Part shown: positions 37,827 through 48,413 of the stretch, piece by piece
Layout: each line of letters opens with the position of its first letter
Position numbering within the stretch: the first letter of the stretch is position 1
Assembly: GCA_012842685.1 (NCBI GenBank)
Contig: DUSI01000047.1
Coordinates: 2,059-66,058 of the forward strand
Length of the DNA: 64,000 nt
Direction: 5' to 3'
Origin: Candidatus Fermentithermobacillaceae bacterium
GTDB taxonomy: Bacteria; Bacillota; Sulfobacillia; Fermentithermobacillales; Fermentithermobacillaceae
Translations under genes and position numbers: made by a program
The notes under the pieces: model-generated
The model's database searches: none
The model's input: only the letters and a program-made list of their open reading frames with translations
What the model was told of the DNA's origin: nothing

Positions 37827-38306
37827 GTGGCTGTTGACGTTCAGTTTTCAGACGTCCGTCTTTCCCCGGAAGAAGAGGAAGAGTTTTCGCGCCTTGCGGA
37901 AGAAGTCGTAACTCTCTGCCTTGAGGCCGAAGGCCGGGCGGATGGAGAATGGGAAGTGTCCGTCGTCTTCTCCTCTGACCAGTTCATCGCGCGCCTCAAC
38001 AAAGATTACAGGGGCATCGAGGGTCCCACCGACGTCCTCTCCTTCGCCCTTACCGAAGGCGAGGAGCCAGAGGCCTTTCAGGAGGAAGGGATGCCTTTCT
38101 TTCTCGGCGATATAGTTATCTCTCTGGATACAGCCAGGTCCCAGGCCCAGAGCGCCGGTAGGGCTTTTCTCGAGGAGGTCGCGTTCCTTCTCATCCACGG
38201 CACCCTGCATCTCTTGGGGCACGATCACGACACTGTCGTGAAAGAGGCGGTAATGTGGAAGCGCCAAGACGAGATCCTGAAGGAGTACCTGAGCCGGAGG
38301 ACATAA
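37827..38306 (+). CDS. ybeY: rRNA maturation endoribonuclease YbeY
   Basis: HGTLHLLGHDH zinc motif. Confidence 0.9.
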   Translation: MAVDVQFSDVRLSPEEEEEFSRLAEEVVTLCLEAEGRADGEWEVSVVFSSDQFIARLNKDYRGIEGPTDVLSFALTEGEEPEAFQEEGMPFFLGDIVISLDTARSQAQSAGRAFLEEVAFLLIHGTLHLLGHDHDTVVKEAVMWKRQDEILKEYLSRRT

Positions 38307-38848
38307 GGGCATCGCGTGCTTTAAGGCCTTCCTTTCCGCCGGTTGTAACGAGTTTTGTCCACGCCATGGAAGGCCTTTCTTACGTCTACCTGACCCAGAG
38401 GAACATGCGCATCCATGTCTTAGCCGCCGCTTTGGTGGGCGCGGCGTGCATTTTCTTGGGTGTCGGCAGGGTTGAGGTGCTGATGGTGCTCCTCGCATCT
38501 GCGGGGGTCCTGGTCGCGGAAGTCGTGAACACCCTGACCGAGTCTCTGGTCGACCTGTTGGAACCCAGGTATCATCCTGCCGCCAAAGTGGTCAAGGACG
38601 TCGCTGCAGCAGGAGTGCTCATCGCTTCAGTTTTCGCCGTTTTCATCGGTTTCGTTGCGTTTTTTCCTGCTCTCATGGAGCTCCCCTTAAGGTTCAAGGG
38701 TCTCGTAGAGGAGCGACTTGCCCTTTTCATCGCCTACATCTGTGTGGCGGTGGTGCCGTCCCTGGTCGGGCTTTTCTTCGTCGAGTTCCGCTCCCCGGGC
38801 AAGCGTCCGTCGTCTTGCCCAGCATGTGGAGATAAGGAGGGCAAGTAG
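38255..38848 (+). CDS. dgkA: diacylglycerol / undecaprenol kinase DgkA with an approximately 55 aa C-terminal extension
   Basis: ...FVHAMEGLSYVYLTQRNMRIH... and ...AKVVKDVAAAGVLIASVFAV... match the DgkA family. Overlaps ybeY by about 52 nt if the ATG at 38255 is used. Confidence 0.75.
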   Translation: MEAPRRDPEGVPEPEDIRASRALRPSFPPVVTSFVHAMEGLSYVYLTQRNMRIHVLAAALVGAACIFLGVGRVEVLMVLLASAGVLVAEVVNTLTESLVDLLEPRYHPAAKVVKDVAAAGVLIASVFAVFIGFVAFFPALMELPLRFKGLVEERLALFIAYICVAVVPSLVGLFFVEFRSPGKRPSSCPACGDKEGK

Positions 38849-39612
38849 TGCTTTACCAGACTGAAGGTATAGTGCTTTCGTCCTCAGACCTCGGCGAGCA
38901 CGACCGGGTCATTAACCTGCTCACGGAGCAGAAGGGCCTGGTTAGAGCCGTTGTCCGGGGGGCAAGGAAACCCAGGAGCCGCCTTGCGGCCGTAACCCAG
39001 CCTTTTACCCGCGCGGATTTTCAGCTATATGGGAAAGGCTCGGCACTTGACAGGGTGATCCAGGTGTCCCTCATAGATTCTCACCCGCAGATAGTCTCCG
39101 ACTACGCGAAAGTGGTCTACGCCAGCTATCTCGCGGAGATCGCCTCGGAGCTGGTGCCGGAGCACGAGAAAAATGCAGCGGTATACCACCTCTTTACGGA
39201 CATATTGGTCGCCCTCGGGCATGCGAAAGAACTCTGGACTGTATGCAGGTGGGGAGAGCTCAGGCTCCTCGGGAGCGCGGGGTTCATGCCGCTCCTTGAA
39301 TCTTGCGCCCGGTGCGGCAGGGATCCCGGCGGCGCCGTGTATTTTTCAGCCCCCGCGGGCGGGGTGCTGTGCGATAATTGCCGTGTGGCCGAAACGGATC
39401 CGGCTTCCGCCATGAAAGTCATGCCCGGGAGCGTGAAAACGCTCTCGGTCATAGCTGCGTCTTCCACCAGGCCCAACGTAGTGGCGCGAGGCCAGGTGAG
39501 GGAAGAGGCGGCCAAGATAATGCGGGAATACGTGGCTTTCACCCTGGGCAAGCGTCCTAAATCTCTGGCTCTTGTGGAAAAGCTAGAAGGCGAAGGCGCT
39601 TCCCGGAATTAG
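38848..39612 (+). CDS. recO: DNA repair protein RecO
   Basis: 254 aa. OB-fold N-terminus and C-terminal zinc motif CARCG...CDNC. Confidence 0.85.
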   Translation: MLYQTEGIVLSSSDLGEHDRVINLLTEQKGLVRAVVRGARKPRSRLAAVTQPFTRADFQLYGKGSALDRVIQVSLIDSHPQIVSDYAKVVYASYLAEIASELVPEHEKNAAVYHLFTDILVALGHAKELWTVCRWGELRLLGSAGFMPLLESCARCGRDPGGAVYFSAPAGGVLCDNCRVAETDPASAMKVMPGSVKTLSVIAASSTRPNVVARGQVREEAAKIMREYVAFTLGKRPKSLALVEKLEGEGASRN

Positions 39613-39687
39613 GAGGAGTGGGCGCGTTTCTTAGAGAACATACGCCCAATCTTACCGGCCTAAGAGGCATGGGAGGGAGCTCTAGGA

Positions 39688-40560
39688 GTGGGCAAGTTCC
39701 TTTATTTTCGGGAGGTAGTGTCAGCCCTTCAGGATTTTTGGTTTGAGAAGGGCTGCCTCATAGGAGAGCCCTACGACATCGAAAAAGGGGCAGGCACTTT
39801 CAACCCGTTTACGTTTTTCAAGGTCCTGGGCCCGGAGCCCTGGAACGTCGCTTACGTTGAGCCTTGCAGGAGGCCTACGGACGCCCGTTACGGAGATAAC
39901 CCCTACCGGGCGGGCTACTACTTCCAGTTCCAGGTGATACTTAAGCCTCCGCCCGACATGGTCGTGGAGATGTACATAGAATCCCTGGAACGCCTTGGCC
40001 TCAGGCGTGAGGACCACGACATACGCTTCGTCGAGGACAACTGGGAGTCTCCTACCTTGGGAGCCTATGGCCTGGGCTGGGAAGTGTGGCTCGATGGAAA
40101 CGAGATCACCCAGTTTACGTATTTCCAGGAAGTGGGCGGCGTCCAGGTCAATCCGATATCGTGCGAGATTACATACGGCCTGGAAAGACTTGCGGCCTAC
40201 ATACAGGGCAAGGGCAGCATGTGGGATGTAGAGGTGGCTCCCGGGCTCACGTACAGGGACGTCTACTTGGAGCAGGAAAAGCAGTTTTCAGCGTACGGCT
40301 TCCTCCATGCCGACACCGACCTTTTGAGGAGACAGTTCGACGAGTGGGAAACGGAATGCAGGAGGCTGCTCAAGGAAGGTCTGTACCTCGTGGCCTACGA
40401 CTGCGCCCTCAAGTGCTCCCACCTTTTCAACCTTCTGGACGCGAGAGGGGCTTTGTCTGTATCCGAGCGGCAGAACTACATCTTAAAGGTGCGCGGCATG
40501 ACGCGGGACTGCGCGAGAGTCTACCTTAAGTCCAAGGAGGTGGCCAAAGGTGAGAGGTGA
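39688..40560 (+). CDS. glyQ: glycine--tRNA ligase alpha subunit
   Basis: 290 aa, highly conserved GlyQ sequence (...FYFQFQVILKP...). Confidence 0.95.
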   Translation: MGKFLYFREVVSALQDFWFEKGCLIGEPYDIEKGAGTFNPFTFFKVLGPEPWNVAYVEPCRRPTDARYGDNPYRAGYYFQFQVILKPPPDMVVEMYIESLERLGLRREDHDIRFVEDNWESPTLGAYGLGWEVWLDGNEITQFTYFQEVGGVQVNPISCEITYGLERLAAYIQGKGSMWDVEVAPGLTYRDVYLEQEKQFSAYGFLHADTDLLRRQFDEWETECRRLLKEGLYLVAYDCALKCSHLFNLLDARGALSVSERQNYILKVRGMTRDCARVYLKSKEVAKGER

Positions 40561-42640
40561 TTACCTCCTTGAGATCGGATCGGACGAGATCCCTGCCAGG
40601 TATCTCCCCGGCGCGGTAGAGGACCTCAAGGAGCGGGCCAGAGAGGCGTTTCGCTCTGCCCGGCTGAGGTTCGAAGACATTGAGACCTATGGCACCCCTC
40701 GCAGGCTGGTCCTCTACGTCAGGGGACTCGAGGACATGAGTGAAGATGCCGTTTCCAGGGTGAGGGGTCCTTCCAAGAAGGCCGCTTACGACGGGGACGG
40801 AAACCCGACGAAGGCGCTCCTGGGTTTCTGCAGGTCCCTGGGCATCGAAACTTCCCAGGTGACGCTGGAAGGCGAAGCGGGCGCAGAGTATGTCTACGGC
40901 GAGAAACACGAAAAGGGCAGGCCAGTGCAGGAAGTCCTTCCCGAGATAATCCCCGGCGTGGTACTGGGCATAGAATGCCCGCACCCCATGAGGTGGGGCG
41001 ATGGGAACTGGCGCTGGTTCAGGCCGATAAGATGGGTTGTGAGCCTCTACGATAGAGAGGTGGTCCCTCTCACGGTCGCGGGTAAGGCGGCCGGGAGGGT
41101 TACCTACGGCCACAGGGTTTTGCATCCAAAGGAAACGTACGTGCCTTCCGCCCAGGAATACTTCCAGGTGGCGAGCTCGATTTTCGTGGAGGTTGACGGC
41201 GCAAAGCGGAAAGACCGGATACTGAGCGAGGCCGGAAGGCTAGCGGCGAGCGTGGGGGGAAGGCCCGTCGTCGATGAAGAGCTTCTTTCCGAGGTCGCTT
41301 CCATATGCGAGCATCCGTCGCCCTTCATCGGGCGGTTTGACGAGAGATACCTGAGCCTCCCCAAAGAAGTGCTCATGACCTCCATGAAGCACCACCAGAG
41401 GTATTTCCCTGTAGTGGGGGAGGACGGCGCGCTACGTCCCGCCTTCATCGGAGTGCGGGACGGAGACCCAGAGGCCGGCATCGAGACGGTGAGGAAGGGG
41501 AACGAGTGGGTCCTCAGGGCCAGGCTGGAGGACGCCAGCTTCTTCTTCGAGCAGGACTTGAAAGTGCCGCTGGTCGACCTTGTCCCCCGGCTCGAAGGCG
41601 TCCGCTTCATAAAGAACGCCGGAAGCATGCGGGACAAGGCCGCTAGGATGGAAGAGATCGCCGGTTACTTGGCAGAAGCGCTTGGGCTGCCTGATGAAGA
41701 AGCCAGGGCCGCCCGGGAAGCGGCTCTCCTCGCCAAGGCGGACCTCCTCACGGCGATGGTCGGCGAGTTCCCCGAGCTCGAGGGGATAATGGGAGGCCGG
41801 TACGCAGCGATACAGGGGATGGAGCCCCTGGTCGCGAAGGCCATCGCCGAGCACTACATGCCCAAAGGAGCGAGGGATTCTATCCCCTCGAGAGGGGCGC
41901 CTGCGGTCGTCGCCCTTTCCGACAAGCTGGATACCCTCGCGGTGTCTTTCTCCCTGGGTATCGAGGTGAGCGGTTCCCAGGATCCCTTGGGGCTAAGGAG
42001 AAATGCCTTGGGCGTGGTCGCCATCGTGATGGGTCACGGCTACGACCTCACGATGGAAGACCTGGTCGGTCTGCCGCTGAAACTCGCGACCGGCGTGGTG
42101 AGCGAACCTTCTCCCGACGCCAGGTCGCGCCTGGAAGCCTTCTTGAAGGCGAGGGTGGAGACGGTCATCCATGAACGTGGCTTCCCCATCGAGGTCGTGA
42201 GGGCCGTCCTGTCGGGAGACGAGACCCGGATCGCCCGCGCGGAAGGTATGGCGAGGGCTCTCGCGGACCTTGCCGGCACGAAAGATCTGGCCGACCTCGT
42301 GACCGGGTGGCGCAGGGTCGGAGTGCTCGGGAAGGGAGGCGCTGGGAGAGAGGTTGATGAGGCCCTCCTCAAAGAAGAGGCTGAAGCCGCGCTTTACCGA
42401 GCTCTCAGGTCGTGGGAGGGCGCGCTGAAGAGGGCTCTCGAGTCCCGGGACTACGCGGGCTATCTGAGGATCCTCGTGGAGCTCAAGCCTTACATAGACA
42501 GGTGCCTGGACGAAGTGCTCATCATGACGGACGATGCGGCGCTCAGGGAAAACAGGCTGGCTCTCCTGGGATCCGTAGCCGCATACTGGAACGCTTACGC
42601 AGATTTCTCGCTGTTGAAATCGCTTGTCCCAAGCGGGTAA
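40550..42640 (+). CDS. glyS: glycine--tRNA ligase beta subunit
   Basis: 696 aa. Overlaps glyQ by 11 nt. Conserved GlyS domains. Confidence 0.93.
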   Translation: MRGDYLLEIGSDEIPARYLPGAVEDLKERAREAFRSARLRFEDIETYGTPRRLVLYVRGLEDMSEDAVSRVRGPSKKAAYDGDGNPTKALLGFCRSLGIETSQVTLEGEAGAEYVYGEKHEKGRPVQEVLPEIIPGVVLGIECPHPMRWGDGNWRWFRPIRWVVSLYDREVVPLTVAGKAAGRVTYGHRVLHPKETYVPSAQEYFQVASSIFVEVDGAKRKDRILSEAGRLAASVGGRPVVDEELLSEVASICEHPSPFIGRFDERYLSLPKEVLMTSMKHHQRYFPVVGEDGALRPAFIGVRDGDPEAGIETVRKGNEWVLRARLEDASFFFEQDLKVPLVDLVPRLEGVRFIKNAGSMRDKAARMEEIAGYLAEALGLPDEEARAAREAALLAKADLLTAMVGEFPELEGIMGGRYAAIQGMEPLVAKAIAEHYMPKGARDSIPSRGAPAVVALSDKLDTLAVSFSLGIEVSGSQDPLGLRRNALGVVAIVMGHGYDLTMEDLVGLPLKLATGVVSEPSPDARSRLEAFLKARVETVIHERGFPIEVVRAVLSGDETRIARAEGMARALADLAGTKDLADLVTGWRRVGVLGKGGAGREVDEALLKEEAEAALYRALRSWEGALKRALESRDYAGYLRILVELKPYIDRCLDEVLIMTDDAALRENRLALLGSVAAYWNAYADFSLLKSLVPSG

Positions 42641-42726
42641 AATAGCCTGGGCATTTAGGACGTTCCGCCGCCGCTTTACCGGGCGGCGTCGATTTTAGAA
42701 ATCTGAAAACGGTAGGGGGCGTTATA

Positions 42727-45378
42727 GTGACACAAAAGTGGGTTTACTGGTTTAAGGAAGGCGGAGAGCACATGCGTCCTATCCTCGGCGGGAAGGGCGC
42801 CGGGCTCGCGGAGATGACCCGCATAGGCCTTCCTGTACCGCCGGGATTCACCATCTCCACCCAGGCCTGCATTGAGTATTACAAGCAGGGGCAGAAGCTG
42901 CCTTCCGGGCTTTGGGATGAAGTCGAGGAGCACATAAAGGGCCTCGAGGAGACCACCGGGAAGAAGTTCGGCGGAAGCACCAATCCTCTCCTCGTGTCCG
43001 TCCGTTCGGGCGCGGCCATCAGTATGCCCGGAATGATGGACACCATCTTGAACCTCGGCCTCAACGAGGACAGCGTCCAGGGTCTCTACCGGCAGACGAA
43101 CGACATGAGGTTCGCCCTTGACTGCCAGAGAAGGTTCATGCAGATGTTCGGCGACGTCGTGCTGGGCGTAGATCACGACGAATTCGAACACATCCTGGCC
43201 AAGCAGCGTGAAGAGGAAAACGTAAAGTACGACCACGAGATCTCTGTAGAAGGACTGAAGAAAGTCATCGAAGGGTACCGCCGGGTAGTCAAGGAGAAGG
43301 CAGGCATAGAGTTCCCCAATGACCCGATGGAGCAGCTCCGCATGGCCGTGGAGGCCGTGTTCAAGTCCTGGAACAATGAGCGCGCCATCGTCTACAGGAA
43401 GATCAACAAGATCCCCGACGACCTCGGCACCGCGGTAAACGTCCAGATGATGGTGTTCGGTAATATGGGATCCGATTCGGGTACCGGTGTTATGTTCACC
43501 AGGAACCCGTCTACGGGCGCCAAGGAGCTCTACGGCGAGTACCTCATCAACGCCCAGGGCGAAGACGTCGTTGCCGGTATCCGGACGCCCAAGCCCATCT
43601 CTCAGATGCGCGAGGAGCTCCCCGAGACTTACGAAGAGCTCAAGAGAGTCGCGGCGATCCTGGAGCAGCACTACAAAGACATGCAGGACATGGAGTTTAC
43701 CGTTGAGCACGGAAAACTCTACATGCTCCAGACCAGGGCCGGAAAGAGGACGGCTGCCGCTTCAATAGAGATAGCCCGCCAGATGGTTGAGGAAGGGCTC
43801 ATCGACAAGAAGGAAGCGGTAAAGCGCGTGAAGCCCGAAGAGATCGCCCGCATGCTCCACAGGGGCGTTGACCCGAACGCCAAGCTGGAGGTCGCCGCCC
43901 AAGGTCTTCCGGCTTCGCCCGGCGCGGCCATTGGAGCGGTCGTTTTCAACTACAAGAAGGCCGAAGAGCTCGGCTCCAAGGGTGAGAAAGTCATCCTGGT
44001 GAGGCCCGAGACCAAGCCCGAGGATATGCCCGGTATCGTGTATGCCCAGGGCGTCCTCACCTCCCGTGGCGGCATGACATGCCACGCGGCGGTTGTGGCC
44101 CGCGGCATGGGTAAGCCGGCCGTCGTAGGCTGCGAAGCCCTCCACCTCGACATCGAGAACGGCAAGGCCGTCATCGGAAAGGCCGAGATCAAGGAAGGAG
44201 ACGTCATCTCCATCGACGGCGCTACCGGAAACGTCTATATCGGCGAGGTGCCGCTCGTTGAGCCCAACATCGGCGGCGCGTTCCAGGAGATCCTCCAGTG
44301 GGCCGACGAGGTCAAACGCCTTGGCGTGAAGGCCAACGCCGACACTCCTGAGGATGCCAAGAGGGCCCGCGAGTTCGGCGCCACCGGCATCGGCCTCTGC
44401 AGGACCGAGCACATGTTCATGGCCGCCGACAGGCTCCCGGTAGTCCGGGAGATGATAATGGCCAAGACTACCGAGGAGCGGAAGGCCGCCCTTGACAAGC
44501 TCTTGCCCATGCAGGAGAACGACTTCTACGAGATCCTCAAGGTCATGAGGGGTTACACGGTAACCATCCGTCTCCTCGACCCGCCGCTCCACGAGTTCTT
44601 GCCGTCCACAGAGGAACTGGCGGTAAGGCTCTCGGAGATGAAGCACCAGAACGCTCCCGCCGCGGAGATCGCCGAGGTCGAGAAGACCTTGAAGATGGCG
44701 AGAGAGCTCCACGAAGCCAACCCCATGATGGGCCTCCGCGGCTGCCGCCTGGGTATCTTGTGGCCTGAGATCTACGAGATGCAGGCCAGGGCGATCTTCC
44801 AGGCGACTGCCCGCCTCTTCAAGGAAGGCTACACCGACGTCAAGCCCGAGGTCATGATCCCGCTCGTAGGCGAGGCGAAAGAGCTGGAGCTGAACAGGGA
44901 GATGGTCGTCAGGGTCGGCGAGGAGGTCCGCAAGGAGACCGGCCAGAACTTCCCGATCGTGGTCGGTACCATGATCGAGATCCCGAGGGCCGCTCTCACG
45001 GCCGACGAGATCGCCAAGCACGCCGAGTTCTTCTCCTTCGGGACCAACGACCTCACCCAGATGACCTTCGGCTACAGCCGTGATGACGCCGAGGCCAAGT
45101 TCCTCCACGTGTACCTCGAACAGAAGATCCTGAAGGAGAACCCGTTCCAGGTGCTTGACCGCAGCGGCGTCGGGAAACTGGTGAAGATGGCCGTCGAGCT
45201 CGGGCGCTCGACCCGTCCCGACCTCGTGATCGGCATCTGCGGCGAACACGGTGGCGATCCCGACTCGGTCGAGTTCTGCCATATCGCGGGTCTCGACTAC
45301 GTGTCGTGCTCGCCCTACAGGGTCCCCGTAGCCAGGTTGGCCGCGGCCCACGCCGCCCTGAAGCACGGAGACAAGTAA
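42727..45378 (+). CDS. ppdK: pyruvate, phosphate dikinase
   Basis: 883 aa. ATP-grasp N-domain, central phospho-His domain (...GGMTCHAAVVARGMGKP...), C-terminal PEP-utilising TIM barrel. Confidence 0.95.
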   Translation: MTQKWVYWFKEGGEHMRPILGGKGAGLAEMTRIGLPVPPGFTISTQACIEYYKQGQKLPSGLWDEVEEHIKGLEETTGKKFGGSTNPLLVSVRSGAAISMPGMMDTILNLGLNEDSVQGLYRQTNDMRFALDCQRRFMQMFGDVVLGVDHDEFEHILAKQREEENVKYDHEISVEGLKKVIEGYRRVVKEKAGIEFPNDPMEQLRMAVEAVFKSWNNERAIVYRKINKIPDDLGTAVNVQMMVFGNMGSDSGTGVMFTRNPSTGAKELYGEYLINAQGEDVVAGIRTPKPISQMREELPETYEELKRVAAILEQHYKDMQDMEFTVEHGKLYMLQTRAGKRTAAASIEIARQMVEEGLIDKKEAVKRVKPEEIARMLHRGVDPNAKLEVAAQGLPASPGAAIGAVVFNYKKAEELGSKGEKVILVRPETKPEDMPGIVYAQGVLTSRGGMTCHAAVVARGMGKPAVVGCEALHLDIENGKAVIGKAEIKEGDVISIDGATGNVYIGEVPLVEPNIGGAFQEILQWADEVKRLGVKANADTPEDAKRAREFGATGIGLCRTEHMFMAADRLPVVREMIMAKTTEERKAALDKLLPMQENDFYEILKVMRGYTVTIRLLDPPLHEFLPSTEELAVRLSEMKHQNAPAAEIAEVEKTLKMARELHEANPMMGLRGCRLGILWPEIYEMQARAIFQATARLFKEGYTDVKPEVMIPLVGEAKELELNREMVVRVGEEVRKETGQNFPIVVGTMIEIPRAALTADEIAKHAEFFSFGTNDLTQMTFGYSRDDAEAKFLHVYLEQKILKENPFQVLDRSGVGKLVKMAVELGRSTRPDLVIGICGEHGGDPDSVEFCHIAGLDYVSCSPYRVPVARLAAAHAALKHGDK

Positions 45379-45387
45379 GTCTTCAGC

Positions 45388-45417
45388 GGGCTTCCGGCGG
45401 ATATCCGCCGGAAGCCC
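45388..45417 (+). terminator. strong hairpin after ppdK (GGGCTTCCGGCGG-ATAT-CCGCCGGAAGCCC; no clear U-tract)
   Basis: 13 bp perfect stem directly after the ppdK stop. A second 12 bp hairpin at 45436..45469 precedes the dgt RBS. Confidence 0.55.
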
Positions 45418-45491
45418 CAATGTAGGGAATTGTCAGGAAGACTCCGAATATGTCACCCGGAGTCTTCCTATTACTTGGAGGTCAGTTCTTG

Positions 45492-46505
45492 ATGGCGGGT
45501 CTGAGGAGACAGGCGATCCGGGAGCAGATCGAAGAGATGGAAGACAAGCTGCTCTCTCCCATGGCCACCCGTTCCTTTAACTCCCGGGGTAGGCTTGTGG
45601 AAGAGGAGCCTTGTCCCATCCGCACGGCCTTTCAGCGGGACCGGGACAGGATAATACATTCCAAGGCTTTCCGGAGGCTCAAGGACAAGACGCAGGTCTT
45701 TATAGCTCCCGAGGCCGATCACTACAGGACGCGTCTCACCCATACCCTCGAGGTATGCCAGATCGCCCGCACAATCGCCCGTGCCCTGAGGCTCAACGAA
45801 GACCTCACGGAAGCCATCGCCCTGGGACATGACCTGGGACATACGCCTTTCGGGCACGCCGGGGAAGAAGTGCTTAACCGCATCCATCCGGGCGGGTTCG
45901 CCCACAACCTCCAGTCTCTGCGGGTGGTGGATGTCCTGGAAAGTGGCGGACTCAACTTAACCTGGGAAGTCAGGGACGGGATAAAGTGCCACCCGTGGAG
46001 GGAGACGCCGTCCACCGAAGAGGGACGGTGCGTCCAGCTGGCTGACCGGATAGCCTACGTGAACCACGATATAGACGATGCCATACGGGGAGGCGTGATC
46101 CGGCCGGAAGACCTCCCAAAGGACGCCATCGAGGTCCTCGGCGATACCCACGGGAAGAGGATAGACACCCTCGTCAAGGCGGTTATAGAGGAGAGCCTGG
46201 AAGAAGGGAGGGTGTCCCTTACCGGCGAGGTCCTGGAAGCTCTAATGGTCTTGAGAAGATTCCTTTTCGAACGAGTCTATGTGGATTCTCCGGCCAAGAA
46301 GGAAGAGGACAAGGCCAAGGGAGTCGTCGAAGCCCTTTACCATTACTACTGCCGTCATCCCGAGATGATAAGCAGTTCCTACTCTCCGGCTTCCGATCCT
46401 ATGGTGAGGGCGTGCGATTATGTATCGGGGATGACCGACCGGTTTGCCATTCACCAGTACCGGAAGGCGTTCGTGCCGTCGACATGGGGGCTCGATCCTT
46501 CCTGA
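45492..46505 (+). CDS. dgt: dGTP triphosphohydrolase-like HD-domain protein (dGTPase family)
   Basis: (M)[33 protein letters not shown]...; HD motif ...[11 protein letters not shown].... ATG at 45492 with GGAGG RBS. The track ORF starts 14 codons earlier. Confidence 0.85.
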   Translation: MAGLRRQAIREQIEEMEDKLLSPMATRSFNSRGRLVEEEPCPIRTAFQRDRDRIIHSKAFRRLKDKTQVFIAPEADHYRTRLTHTLEVCQIARTIARALRLNEDLTEAIALGHDLGHTPFGHAGEEVLNRIHPGGFAHNLQSLRVVDVLESGGLNLTWEVRDGIKCHPWRETPSTEEGRCVQLADRIAYVNHDIDDAIRGGVIRPEDLPKDAIEVLGDTHGKRIDTLVKAVIEESLEEGRVSLTGEVLEALMVLRRFLFERVYVDSPAKKEEDKAKGVVEALYHYYCRHPEMISSSYSPASDPMVRACDYVSGMTDRFAIHQYRKAFVPSTWGLDPS

Positions 46506-46534
46506 CGGAAAGATCCTTAATGTGAGGTCTTGTA

Positions 46535-48391
46535 ATGTCCAGAGGGTTTATCGAAGACGACATAACTCGCGAAGTGAGGATGAGGACCGACATCGTCTCC
46601 CTGGTCTCCGAGTACGTCAGGCTCAGGAGGACGGGCAAGAACTATGTCGGCCTGTGCCCGTTTCACGAAGAGAGGACGCCCTCTTTCACCGTGGATCCGG
46701 ACAAGCAGCTCTTCTACTGTTTTGGATGCGGCGTGGGCGGAAACGTTTTTACGTTCCTCATGAAGAAGGAGGGGCTTTCTTTTTCCGAAGCCCTGGAGAA
46801 GCTCGCCCAGAGGGCCGGCGTGCGTCTTCCTCCTCGTACGCGACATGGGGACGAACTCCGCAGAAAAGAGTACAAGAAAATCCTTGATGCCCTGGAGTTT
46901 GCTCAAGGTAGGTTCAGGGAGATGCTCTACGGTCCGAGGGGAAGAGCTGCCCTCAGGTACCTGGAGACGAGGGGGCTTTCCCGGGAGACCATCGACAAGT
47001 TCGGACTTGGTTTTGCGCCCGACGAATGGGATTTCATCGCTTCGGCCGCGAGAAGAAGCGGGTTCGATCTCGCCGATTTTTTTAGGGCCGGCCTGCTCCT
47101 GGAACGGGCGGGCGGGGGTTACTACGACAGGTTTAGGGGCCGCATAACCTTCCCCATACACGATTCGGGGGGGACCCTTGTTGGTTTCGGCGGGCGCGCT
47201 TTGGGAGATGAGACTCCCAAGTACCTGAACTCCCCGGAGACGCCGGTTTTCCGGAAGGGCAGGGAGCTATACGGGTTACACCTCGCGAAGCCGGGGATCA
47301 GGCAGAAAAACAGGGTGTGCATCGTGGAAGGGTATATGGATGTTATCATGTCCTTCCAGCACGGAATAGACTATACGGTTGCGGGGATGGGAACGGCCCT
47401 CACGAGGGAGCAGGCGAGGACGCTCCTGCTCCTCACCGGCGAGGTCTTCCTGGTCTACGACAGGGACGACGCCGGGAGGCGCGCCACGAGGCGGGCCATC
47501 GACGTGTTCAGGGAAGCCGGCGGGAGGACCAGGGTGGTTTCCCTTCCCGGCTCCAAAGATCCCGATGAGTTCTTGAAGGCAGAAGGGACCGGAGCCTACG
47601 AAAAACTGCTGGATGAGGCCCTCCCGGATATCCAGTTCATCTACTACGAGATAAGGGGCGAAAACGCCCGTCTGGGCGCAGAGGGACGGATCCGGGTGAT
47701 GGAAGCCATAGTACCGGTGTTGGCAGGGCTCTCCAGCGATACCGAGCGTTCGGTCTACATCGATGAGTTCGCGAGAGACCTTGGGGTGCCCAGAGACTCC
47801 CTGGCGCGGGATGTCGAAGCGCACAGGAGAAAGTCTGAACAGGCGAGAAAGTATAAAGAGGGGCAAAACAGGGATACTACTGGTTATGACAACCAGGTGC
47901 AGCCTGATCCTGCCATCGGCTCCAAAAGAGTCGAGCAGCCAGGAGGAAAGAAGCAGGCCGATATCGAAGTTAGCATAGTTCGGAGGAAGGCTGAAGAAGG
48001 AGTAATCCGGTGTCTCATCGAAAATCGTGAATTACTCGAATATACAGTGGGAATTCTTGGTGAGCAGGATTTCGCCGACGCGGTCTGCAGAGAGTTGTTT
48101 AAGGTCCTCCGAGAAGGTTCCCTGGATACCGTCGCAGACGAACGAATCCAGGCGCAAGTTGCAGAGCTGTGCATGAGATTTGGCGATGTTTCCCGGGAGT
48201 CGGCCCCGAGGATACTGGACGATTGCATTCGCACCATGAGGCGAGAGAGGCTTGAAGAGCTGCGTGAGACTATCGCGCTGGCTGAGCGTACAAGAGATCA
48301 TGCGACGCTAACTAAAGCGGTCGCGGACTATAATCGACTTCTTAAGCAAGTGAAATCTTTAGGAGACGCGAGTGGCGGTCCGGCGCTGTAG
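46535..48391 (+). CDS. dnaG: DNA primase
   Basis: Zn-ribbon [13 protein letters not shown]...[14 protein letters not shown] domain, C-terminal helicase-binding domain. Confidence 0.93.
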   Translation: MSRGFIEDDITREVRMRTDIVSLVSEYVRLRRTGKNYVGLCPFHEERTPSFTVDPDKQLFYCFGCGVGGNVFTFLMKKEGLSFSEALEKLAQRAGVRLPPRTRHGDELRRKEYKKILDALEFAQGRFREMLYGPRGRAALRYLETRGLSRETIDKFGLGFAPDEWDFIASAARRSGFDLADFFRAGLLLERAGGGYYDRFRGRITFPIHDSGGTLVGFGGRALGDETPKYLNSPETPVFRKGRELYGLHLAKPGIRQKNRVCIVEGYMDVIMSFQHGIDYTVAGMGTALTREQARTLLLLTGEVFLVYDRDDAGRRATRRAIDVFREAGGRTRVVSLPGSKDPDEFLKAEGTGAYEKLLDEALPDIQFIYYEIRGENARLGAEGRIRVMEAIVPVLAGLSSDTERSVYIDEFARDLGVPRDSLARDVEAHRRKSEQARKYKEGQNRDTTGYDNQVQPDPAIGSKRVEQPGGKKQADIEVSIVRRKAEEGVIRCLIENRELLEYTVGILGEQDFADAVCRELFKVLREGSLDTVADERIQAQVAELCMRFGDVSRESAPRILDDCIRTMRRERLEELRETIALAERTRDHATLTKAVADYNRLLKQVKSLGDASGGPAL

Positions 48392-48413
48392 GCGTTCCCA
48401 GGAGGGAAAGGTT

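Noticed and set aside
42676-45420. 344 aa and 552 aa - strand ORFs inside ppdK
   Set aside because: Antisense shadow ORFs. ppdK on the + strand is unambiguous.
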